Assembly (NCBI GenBank): GCA_964426185.1
Contig: CAYRPF010000013.1
Coordinates: forward strand, 1-32,000
Source of the DNA: an uncultured archaeon
GTDB taxonomy: Archaea > Asgardarchaeota > Lokiarchaeia > Sigyniarchaeales > Promethearchaeaceae
Reading direction: 5' to 3'
Length of the DNA stretch: 32,000 nucleotides
Shown here: in pieces, positions 7,539 to 15,185 of the stretch
How the letters are laid out: each line of letters begins with the position of its first letter
Position numbering within the stretch: the first letter of the stretch is position 1
Notes under the pieces: generated by a model
Told to the model about the DNA's origin: nothing
The model's database searches: none
What the model saw: only the letters and a program-made list of their open reading frames with translations
Program-made: the position numbers and the translations under genes

Positions 7539-8756
7539 TTACGCTTTTTTGGCCCTTTGGGCTTCATGCCATGGGGTGTCTTTGATCAAAACAGTGAACA
7601 CGGTAGCCATAACGAACAATCCTGCCACCACGTACATTAAATAATTCGACGGAACTGTCAGCAGAATAATTCCTCCAATTTGTCCCAACATCATCAAAAG
7701 ACCGTTGGAACTCTCTTCGGGAGCGGGAAAAGTAATTTCTGCCCCATAAGTTAGCCCGACTGGTAAAGCAGCCACTAAAAAGAACCCATATATCAGTGCA
7801 AGAATATTAACCACCCAAAAATTTGGAATCAAAATCATGGCAATATTGATGGGTGTGCAGATAACCAAAGCCATAATCAAGAACATTTTCCGTTTATGTT
7901 TAGCATCCGAAATTGCTGCAAGAATAATTGCCCCTAAAATCCCCCCGATAATCATAAAACCGCTGATAATCCCGGAGTCAAAACTTGGATCAAAAATTAA
8001 ATCGATTACAGTGGTGATAGCATTAAAGGAACCCAAACCGATAAAAAGTATGAGCAGTAGAAAAATGAAATCCTTCACCTTGAACATTTCCTTATATCCA
8101 GTGGTAACCAAGATTTTACTCTTATCTGCATACGCATTAGGGGGAAATTCGGGCTTATCTTTTATGAAAATAAGGTATAATATCATTCCTATGAAAGCAA
8201 AAATACCGTATCCCAGTAGTAGGTTAGGAAAGCCGTTTTCCATATTTTCTTCAATGTTGATAATTTCAGGCAACATCATTCCCACAATAATTCCTAAAAA
8301 CATGGAAATGGTGCCCAATCCAGAGGCGGTAGCCTTTTCTTTTTCCGGAAACCAATTAGCGGCGAGTTTAGTGAATGAATTGAGCACAAATGGCTGACCA
8401 ATTGCCATCATAATTTGAGAAAAAAGCACCACCGTGAAGTTTGCGGCAAAAATTCCCCGAATTAGGGCAAATACACCGGTAATAATCACACCGATTCCCA
8501 CGCCCCATTTAAGACCATATTTGTCAATTAACCAACAAGAGGGGAAATTTACTGGGATATAGGCAATCATAAAGATCCCAGTTAAACCCCACACAACTGC
8601 ATTTTGCGAGACTTGATAATAAGAAGCCACATTTTGGGTGATTGGGGCAAATGTAATCCATCCTATTTGAGTTATCATGCCCATCACCATGAAAATCACC
8701 AAAACTACAAAACGATACTTAGTAGTTTGGTATTGATCTGAAATATCGGCATTCAT
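7539..8756 (-). CDS. MFS transporter, FLVCR/SLC49-like
   Basis: About 12 TM; loop motifs LIDKYGLK and ISDAKHKRK; N-terminal YRFVVL...QIGWITFAPI; AANWFPEKEKATA; GAEITFPAPEESSNG. Confidence 0.85.
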   Translation of the reverse strand: MNADISDQYQTTKYRFVVLVIFMVMGMITQIGWITFAPITQNVASYYQVSQNAVVWGLTGIFMIAYIPVNFPSCWLIDKYGLKWGVGIGVIITGVFALIRGIFAANFTVVLFSQIMMAIGQPFVLNSFTKLAANWFPEKEKATASGLGTISMFLGIIVGMMLPEIINIEENMENGFPNLLLGYGIFAFIGMILYLIFIKDKPEFPPNAYADKSKILVTTGYKEMFKVKDFIFLLLILFIGLGSFNAITTVIDLIFDPSFDSGIISGFMIIGGILGAIILAAISDAKHKRKMFLIMALVICTPINIAMILIPNFWVVNILALIYGFFLVAALPVGLTYGAEITFPAPEESSNGLLMMLGQIGGIILLTVPSNYLMYVVAGLFVMATVFTVLIKDTPWHEAQRAKKA

Positions 8757-8760
8757 ATGG

Positions 8761-8812
8761 TTAGTTCAGCTTATGGCAATTTAATAATTTAGGAAATTTT
8801 TAGTTCAGCTTA
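8761..8812. repeat. 13-bp perfect direct repeat TTAGTTCAGCTTA flanking the MFS promoter region
   Basis: Copies at 8761-8773 and 8800-8812. Confidence 0.75.
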
Positions 8813-8895
8813 AAATGGTGAATTAATGTGCAGAACGAATTTTTGTGGAAATTAAGCAGAAAATAGTCAAAAAACCGGGGGAAATCAAGTAACAA

Positions 8896-9303
8896 TTACA
8901 GGGCTCCCCGCACTTTGGTATAGAAAAACACCAGATCGCGAATGGCAGGGTGTTTAGAATTAATCCGAAAATACCTGGGCGGAGTCTGAGCATGGGTAAT
9001 AATTTTCTTCTCTTCAATCAATTCACGGTCTACTAAACGATCTAATATCTTTTTGGCCGCACTTTTCGAACTTTGGACCGCCCGGGCAATTTCGGAAATA
9101 TTCATCCACTGGAGCTTGCCATTGGGATCTTTTTCTTCGAAAAACAGAAGTTTCAATAAAATCTCGAGAATCCGCACTTGAACTGTGTTTCCAAAAAGAT
9201 GGGGGAGGTAAAATGAGATATTGGAAGTATCAAGACCATGTGAAGAGCGGCCGCGAGAAGGAAGTTTATCAACCATCCTATGTATAATTTCCTCTGAAGA
9301 CAT
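8896..9303 (-). CDS. Winged helix-turn-helix transcriptional regulator
   Basis: MNISEIARAVQSSKSAAKKILDRLVDRELI helix-turn-helix followed by the wing PPRYFRIN. Likely start ATG 9303 (MSSEE). Confidence 0.8.
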   Translation of the reverse strand: MSSEEIIHRMVDKLPSRGRSSHGLDTSNISFYLPHLFGNTVQVRILEILLKLLFFEEKDPNGKLQWMNISEIARAVQSSKSAAKKILDRLVDRELIEEKKIITHAQTPPRYFRINSKHPAIRDLVFFYTKVRGAL

Positions 9304-9341
9304 TAAAAAGTATGTATATGTAACAATAACAAAAAAGAAGA

Positions 9342-9575
9342 TCATCCGCCAGTCAGTTTTGGTAAGAGGAAGATCATTACAACCATTACAACCGCGATAA
9401 CGATAAATTGGATAGTACTTTTTCTACTTTTACTTTTATCTGCTTTGGTATATGAGTCTTTACATTCCGGGGAGCAGAAATCTTGCCCTAAGGGAATTGC
9501 CCGACCACACACAATACAATGTTTGTGTGGTTCGTAGCGTCTGCTTTTTAAAGTTTCTTTCCATGACTTTGACAT
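9342..9575 (-). CDS. DUF2116-like Zn-ribbon protein with a C-terminal TM helix
   Basis: PHKHCIVCGRAIP...FCSPEC followed by a hydrophobic C-terminal helix. Likely start ATG 9575 (MSKSWK). Confidence 0.8.
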   Translation of the reverse strand: MSKSWKETLKSRRYEPHKHCIVCGRAIPLGQDFCSPECKDSYTKADKSKSRKSTIQFIVIAVVMVVMIFLLPKLTGG

Positions 9576-9633
9576 CGCTTTCAAATAATTGAAGGTGTGG
9601 GAAGGTTTAAATTTAACTTTAATACTAAAATAA

Positions 9634-9684
9634 CCCACAATTCTGATGAAAAAATGATCCCACAATCTGATGCAAAAAAACGAT
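9634..9684. repeat. Imperfect tandem duplication of about 25 bp in the divergent intergenic region
   Basis: CCCACAATTCTGATGAAAAAATGAT (9634-9658) followed by CCCACAATCTGATGCAAAAAAACGAT (9659-9684). Confidence 0.75.
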
Positions 9685-9699
9685 AAAAAAATTAAACCT

Positions 9700-9716
9700 T
9701 ATATATATATATATAT
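9700..9716. repeat. (TA)8 microsatellite next to the ADH synthase start
   Basis: TATATATATATATATAT, ending one base before ATG 9718. Confidence 0.8.
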
Positions 9717-9717
9717 T

Positions 9718-10545
9718 ATGAGTAATACTATTGGAAAAACCATCCGGATGAATCGACTTTTTAATCCCAAAAAAGGAACCACCTTCATTGTACCGATGGA
9801 TCATGGAATTACTCAAGGGCCCCTTCTTGGATTGGTTAATTATGAAAATACAATATTGCAGCTGATAGATACAGGAGTAAACGCAATTATTGGACATATT
9901 GGTCTTATTCTTCATCGAAAAAAGCCTGAAAACTGGAAAATTCCTTTTATTTTCCATATCAGTGCCAGCTCTGATCTTTCAAGCGATCCAAACCACAAAG
10001 TCTTGGTAAATCCAGTTGAAGAGGCTGTTCGATTGGCTGCAGATGCAGTTTCCGTTCATATTAATATTGGTGGAATCGATGATGGTTTTATGTTGGAAAA
10101 TTTAGGGCGGATTGCTTGTGAATGTCGCCAATGGGGACTTCCATTACTGGCTATGATGTATGCCCGTGGAGAAAATATCCCTTCTGGTGAAGAAATTTCA
10201 GTTGAGAATGTTAAAAAGGTAGCCCGAATTGGGGCAGAATTAGGGGCAGATATTGTTAAGACCAACTACACGGGAGATATAAACTCGTTCAAAGAAGTTG
10301 TAAAAGGTTGTCCAGTACCGGTGATTATTGCAGGAGGACCCGTTACAGAACCACCTCAACTTATTAAAATGGCATGGGAGTCAATACAAGCCGGAGGAAA
10401 AGGAGTTTCGTTCGGAAGAAATCTCTTTCAATCATCGCATCCCAGAGAATTGGCGCGTGCGATTAGCCGTGTGGTTCATGACGGCCGCTCCCTTGACGAA
10501 TCTTTAGAAGAATCCCCTTGGAAGGAATATCGAAATGAATTTTAA
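9718..10545 (+). CDS. 2-amino-3,7-dideoxy-D-threo-hept-6-ulosonate (ADH) synthase / DhnA-type class I aldolase
   Basis: GK.IR..RLF, IVPMDHG, DPNHKVLV..VEEAV, PLLAMMY.RG, Schiff-base Lys in ADIVKTNY, AGG and FGRN. Start moved to ATG 9718. Confidence 0.85.
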   Translation: MSNTIGKTIRMNRLFNPKKGTTFIVPMDHGITQGPLLGLVNYENTILQLIDTGVNAIIGHIGLILHRKKPENWKIPFIFHISASSDLSSDPNHKVLVNPVEEAVRLAADAVSVHINIGGIDDGFMLENLGRIACECRQWGLPLLAMMYARGENIPSGEEISVENVKKVARIGAELGADIVKTNYTGDINSFKEVVKGCPVPVIIAGGPVTEPPQLIKMAWESIQAGGKGVSFGRNLFQSSHPRELARAISRVVHDGRSLDESLEESPWKEYRNEF

Positions 10546-10987
10546 TACTGAACCGGGTAATCAGTCGGATAATCAAACAAATAAGCAACAAAAAAATCAA
10601 TCAAATAAGAACGCAGATAGTTGGTTACCTCTTCATTCTCAAGTGACCATTAGCGCTAAAAATGTGCAAATCAAGGTAGCAATATACTCTTTGCATAACG
10701 GTTTTTTATTGCTGGTAAGTGATCAACCGTCATTTGGCTTGGGAACTTTGAGTATTAGCATTCCACCCAGTTCTATTTCGGAAAAATCTATAGGAACTCC
10801 AATTTCAGAATTTGGACTGAAATACACTACTTTAACGAATATTATCGGTAAACGCGCCAGCAAAACGTTGGGAAAACCTGTGTTGACCATTGTATCTTTA
10901 CAAGACCAAGAAATCCCCCTAAAAGAGTTCCAAAAATTGGTGCTTCAAGCCGTAGCTGAAGCGCTAGAAACTCAGCCAAAACACTAG
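10535..10987 (+). CDS. Proteasome assembly chaperone PAC4-like protein
   Basis: Pattern NGFLLLVSD...LGTLSISIP...IIGKRASKTLGKPVLTIVSL resembles the PAC4/PSMG4-like fold; N/Q-rich N-terminal tail. Confidence 0.55.
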   Translation: MNFNTEPGNQSDNQTNKQQKNQSNKNADSWLPLHSQVTISAKNVQIKVAIYSLHNGFLLLVSDQPSFGLGTLSISIPPSSISEKSIGTPISEFGLKYTTLTNIIGKRASKTLGKPVLTIVSLQDQEIPLKEFQKLVLQAVAEALETQPKH

Positions 10988-11043
10988 AAACTCAACTACT
11001 TCATCCCTTATTCCGATTCTTACACATGTTTTCATTCAATCCT

Positions 11044-11685
11044 TTATTTATTCCCACAATCGTTCTTATTTTTACTCTTGTCCATTTCTTGAACTTTTTT
11101 ATACGCTTCTGGAGATAAAAATGGAATCAATGCCATTTTAATACCCCACTGAGCCAAATCCATTCGAGATATCAGTCCTCTTGAAAAATAACCCACCGCC
11201 CCTTCCTTCTCTCGAATGTCAGCATCGCCGGATATCTCTCCCATTACATCTGCTAATTCTAAGTCTCGATTCGCAGTTAATTTTTGAGTTATCTCTAATG
11301 GATATTCCCATCCTGGACTGATTCCCGTCCCCATTTGCCCATTTTCATCTAAAATTACGCAGAATGAATGAGCCAGATATTTGGAAGAAAGGGAAGAGTA
11401 TTCCACCAGCCCTGCTTCGATGCCGATGTAAAATTTCTGATGGGCTTCAAGCTCTAGCTTCCAAATATCTTGCTTATTTATAAAATCTTGAATTTTTTGG
11501 GCGCGTGTGAAGGCACCTTGATATATTTCGGAAAACCCGATTGGTTGGTGCGAAATATTTGTAGCAACTACATGAGTCACCACACTTATCTTGCTATGTG
11601 GATAAAACCGCTTTAAAACAGATTCTACTGCCTTTCTTTTGAGATTATTTGCAGTTCCGATTGCAGCTAATATCACAGGAATCAT
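11044..11685 (-). CDS. yjjX: Non-canonical purine NTP phosphatase (inosine/xanthosine triphosphatase, YjjX/DUF84)
   Basis: GTAN..KRKAV, HQPIG..EIYQGA..RA, IGIEAGL, ELADVM, EGAVGYFSRG..SR, ALIPF. Confidence 0.88.
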   Translation of the reverse strand: MIPVILAAIGTANNLKRKAVESVLKRFYPHSKISVVTHVVATNISHQPIGFSEIYQGAFTRAQKIQDFINKQDIWKLELEAHQKFYIGIEAGLVEYSSLSSKYLAHSFCVILDENGQMGTGISPGWEYPLEITQKLTANRDLELADVMGEISGDADIREKEGAVGYFSRGLISRMDLAQWGIKMALIPFLSPEAYKKVQEMDKSKNKNDCGNK

Positions 11686-11693
11686 ATTACTTC

Positions 11694-11715
11694 TTCATTA
11701 ACCATGGGTAATGAA
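11694..11715. promoter_or_regulatory. 22-bp near-perfect palindrome upstream of yjjX (candidate operator)
   Basis: TTCATTAACCATGGGTAATGAA, with one mismatched pair, between a TATA-like element (about 11718-11725) and the start at 11685. Confidence 0.4.
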
Positions 11716-11772
11716 TGTTATATTACGGGAGAAAAAGAGAAAAACTTCTAAGAAATTTATGAAAATTATACC

Positions 11773-12300
11773 TTAATCCATCTGTTCTGCATAATAAATT
11801 AACCATTTCGCCATTGCAACAAACATAGGGTTCACATTTAAATCCAGTTTCGCAGAACACATAACATTCATCAAACATTGAGCATCCTCTGCATACTGTT
11901 CCGCTGTTTCTGTGTCAACCTCATGATTGGGCAGATCATATTTATTTCCGACCAAAATTATCGGAATCATCCCTGCATTTTGCCTAATAATCCGCAACCA
12001 TTCAGGAATCTGCTCAAAGGTAGCATAATCTGTGACATCATAGCAAATAAATGCTCCAGATGCCCCACGGCAATAATCACCCAAAATAAAACGAAACCTC
12101 TCTTCACCAGCGAAGTCCCATAATTGCAATCTTACATTTTCACCAGAATCTAGAGCAACATCCTTGACTGAAAATTGCGCACCGATAGTCATTTTATGAT
12201 CTTCAATAAATTTACCAGTGACATAACGTTCAATGAGGGCTGTTTTTCCAACGCCTCCGGCCCCAGCGACAACAGTTTTGAAAATCCAGTTGCTAGACAC
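11773..12300 (-). CDS. Rab-like small GTPase (Ras superfamily; Asgard eukaryotic-signature protein)
   Basis: G1 GAGGVGKT, G2 TIG, G3 WDFAGE, G4 NKYD, G5 CSAK. GTG start; no C-terminal Cys prenylation tail. Confidence 0.93.
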   Translation of the reverse strand: MSSNWIFKTVVAGAGGVGKTALIERYVTGKFIEDHKMTIGAQFSVKDVALDSGENVRLQLWDFAGEERFRFILGDYCRGASGAFICYDVTDYATFEQIPEWLRIIRQNAGMIPIILVGNKYDLPNHEVDTETAEQYAEDAQCLMNVMCSAKLDLNVNPMFVAMAKWLIYYAEQMD

Positions 12301-12493
12301 GATAATTCACTCAGAGTGATTTGACGCAAAATTTGCATGATTTCTGGAAATTTTTTCCAGTTTAATCAACCGATAATTAGAGAAATGCATGTGGAAATAA
12401 ATGCCTTTCGGGTGATTCCACGAAAGCGTCGTTTATTAATGTAGATAGTATCGATTCATAAAAGTATCCATGCTTTATGAAAAATTCTAAAAA

Positions 12494-15112
12494 TTAATTA
12501 GAATCTTTTTTGGAATTTCTTTGAGTGCCAAATGAAGTGGTAAATGATGTGAAAGTGTTATTGATAATTGATTTCCCTATTTGAAAATACGGACAATGTG
12601 TAATACATTGATAGCAAGCGGTGCATTTTTCTGCTTGAATGGCGACTTGAGTTTCCGTGAGAATAATAGCTTGGCTTGGACAAACTTGAATGCAAGTTTT
12701 ACATTGATTGCAGAAAAATGAGCGGTATATCGTGGTGAAGAAATAACGAAACCACGCTTGATAGTCAAAATTGCGATTAGAACTAAGTAAAAATAAACTT
12801 CCATCAGAGAACAGATTAAAGCGGTAGGTTAATTTTTTATAGGTTCCATGACCAGAAATAACTTCAAGTTCGGTGTCATATTCAAACGTGGGCGTTAATG
12901 CGGGAAGAAATGCCACTAGATTGGCTAGATCGATAACTTGAGAAAATCTACCTTTAACCGAATATCCCGTCTGTAAACATGGGGAAAATCCTTTGGTGAT
13001 GGAAATGTTGAGATCATGACTGGGAGATGAATTTTGAAATTTGTATTCAATCTGCTGGGCTTTTAGTAAATTTTTCCACTGTTGGGGGAGTTTTTTATAG
13101 CGCCAAAGACCGAGATCGATCCATTCGGGGGGTAAATTATATTTTTTAGCATATTCTGATAAATAAGAAAACCACGCTTCATGTTTTTGTGGGTGAGTTT
13201 CTTTTAATAGGGAAAAAGTGGCTAAATTGGAGGCGGGGCAGAGATAACACCCCAATCGTTCATGTCCCTTGAAATAAAGGGGAGTAATTGGAATTTCAAT
13301 CAAATATTTTGACAAAAAATGATCTAATGATTGATCCAACGAAGGTACTGATGATTTAACTAAAGGAGATTCTGATGATTGGCTTGAAGTATTAATAATT
13401 GGTGATTGAAGCGAGGATGAATGAGCGGATGAATGAAACTTTGAGAGAGAAGAATACTGAAAAAACGGTTCACAAATCAGAAAAACCCAAAGTAACAAAG
13501 AAATCCAAGATTTAATGGGTGTGGCTGAAATTTGAAGGGGTATAAAGGAATTAACATAAATTTTTTTAGATTGAGCGCGATTCAGTGATTCATACTGTCG
13601 TTGCCCGAGAAAGCTGAGCACCTTATCCTCGTTATATAATTCATTGATGAGCTCCATAATTTGCTGGGCTTTTAATGAATGGCAACAATATCGATAATCT
13701 CGACCTGGAGGACCAAATGTTGGTAACAGTTCCCAAAATATTCTTCCTGCATTTCGAACCATCAGTTTATCTTCCATATGGAGGACTTGAGAGACTTGTT
13801 GAACATTCTGCTCTACTTCTGGAAGTTCTAAACCAGTATTTGCAAAAAAGATCTTAAAAGTAGGCCCTAAAGCTCGATAAACAAGAAGAAGAACGGCTAA
13901 ACTATCCTTTCCTCCTGAATATGCGACCGCAGCGGATTTTTTAATTTTTGTTTTGGTCTTACGAATAAAATTCAACGATTTCTCGATTTCAGATCGGATA
14001 AAGGGAAGATTGGCGGCATATACATGGAATAAATTCAAAAGAATGCGTTGATGAAGAAGTACATGAGGATCCGATTCTGCTCTTGAAGAAGAACGAGATA
14101 TCGGCTGCCACCACTTAGAGTGAGTGGGTTGAACCCAAGGATTAGGGATAATTTCACCAAATTCGGATGAATTAATTGAAGATAAAAGGGAAAATGAAGA
14201 AAGATTATCAAAGGGTAAAGAAAACAAGGAATTCTGAGCTAAAAATTGAATTAGTTCATTAATCTCAGATGCATTGGTTTGGAAAAAAGTTGTAGATGAA
14301 TCAAGATCGAGAGGTTTTTCGCTGCTAGAAAAATGTTTCAAATGGTGTGAAGGGTAATTTGATAGATTTAATTCTGAGGAGGAAATATTTGAAGATCGAC
14401 TACGGTAAAATCGGTTTTTAGCTATATTACCTCGCCCGATTTCCAACATATGAGAAATTTCAGATGATGCTACTTTTGAAATGGCAACACCGAGATATTT
14501 TCCAGTTTGTTCAGAATATACAAGAATATAGTCATCTTTTTCAATATCAAGTGAAAAACGGGAAATTCCAGGTGCTAAAATTGATTTTCCTTTACTGAAA
14601 AACAATTCTCCATCTTCATTCAACCAAATTGATTTGGGAGGAAGAAATTCCTTAAAATTTTTTTCTTTTAAATCAGGAAGCCATAAATCTAAAAGTAGGG
14701 AGGACAGGAGTTGTCCCCCGATAAATCGGGGATGGAAATAATATTTTTTTGATAATGGATTATATCCGAATTGGCCGATTACATGACCTGCCACGATTAC
14801 TTCTTCAGTTTTATCCAAACCGCCAATTCGGTTGAGAAGAACGATATTTTCAGCAGGAAACATGGATTCACCCACATTTATGGTAGAAAAAGAAAGGGTA
14901 GACCAACCATAATCTTGATTAACCGTAGACCGCAGTAGTTCATAGTCATGATAAAATGCTGGTCTAACATCTCCAGGGGGGGAAAGAAGCACCTTGCGAG
15001 GAGTTTGATGGCATCGATGGCATTTAGATTGAATAAATAAAGGAAGATTACAGTTATCACACCAAAACAAGCGTACTTTTCCAAGATAAGGCGGGCGGGT
15101 TTTTTTAGCCAT
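12494..15112 (-). CDS. PUA + PAPS-reductase-family + C-terminal 2x[4Fe-4S] ferredoxin domain protein
   Basis: N-terminal WCDNCNLP...CHRC...PPGDVRPAF; PUA-like GKSILAPGI; PP-loop AYSGGKDS; FGPPGRDYRYCC; GQRQYES..R; ERLGCYLCP; C-terminal CNQCKTCIQVCP...CTACYQCITHCP. Likely start ATG 15112. Confidence 0.88.
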   Translation of the reverse strand: MAKKTRPPYLGKVRLFWCDNCNLPLFIQSKCHRCHQTPRKVLLSPPGDVRPAFYHDYELLRSTVNQDYGWSTLSFSTINVGESMFPAENIVLLNRIGGLDKTEEVIVAGHVIGQFGYNPLSKKYYFHPRFIGGQLLSSLLLDLWLPDLKEKNFKEFLPPKSIWLNEDGELFFSKGKSILAPGISRFSLDIEKDDYILVYSEQTGKYLGVAISKVASSEISHMLEIGRGNIAKNRFYRSRSSNISSSELNLSNYPSHHLKHFSSSEKPLDLDSSTTFFQTNASEINELIQFLAQNSLFSLPFDNLSSFSLLSSINSSEFGEIIPNPWVQPTHSKWWQPISRSSSRAESDPHVLLHQRILLNLFHVYAANLPFIRSEIEKSLNFIRKTKTKIKKSAAVAYSGGKDSLAVLLLVYRALGPTFKIFFANTGLELPEVEQNVQQVSQVLHMEDKLMVRNAGRIFWELLPTFGPPGRDYRYCCHSLKAQQIMELINELYNEDKVLSFLGQRQYESLNRAQSKKIYVNSFIPLQISATPIKSWISLLLWVFLICEPFFQYSSLSKFHSSAHSSSLQSPIINTSSQSSESPLVKSSVPSLDQSLDHFLSKYLIEIPITPLYFKGHERLGCYLCPASNLATFSLLKETHPQKHEAWFSYLSEYAKKYNLPPEWIDLGLWRYKKLPQQWKNLLKAQQIEYKFQNSSPSHDLNISITKGFSPCLQTGYSVKGRFSQVIDLANLVAFLPALTPTFEYDTELEVISGHGTYKKLTYRFNLFSDGSLFLLSSNRNFDYQAWFRYFFTTIYRSFFCNQCKTCIQVCPSQAIILTETQVAIQAEKCTACYQCITHCPYFQIGKSIINNTFTSFTTSFGTQRNSKKDSN

Positions 15113-15185
15113 GTAAGAAAAACAAAGTACCATACTCAATAAATTTTCATATTTAGAAGAATAATCGGGAGATAGTTGATAATAT

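Noticed and set aside
7837-8397. 186-aa ORF on the + strand
   Set aside because: Antisense shadow of the MFS gene; hydrophobic codons rarely give stops on the opposite strand.
5456-8812. Integrated mobile element at the tRNA-Leu genes
   Set aside because: No integrase or transposase and no direct repeat of a tRNA 3' end. The second tRNA is a complete inverted gene with a different anticodon.
13300-14402. Inteins in the PAPS-reductase-family protein
   Set aside because: No intein N-terminal block, HN-C/S/T end or LAGLIDADG motif.
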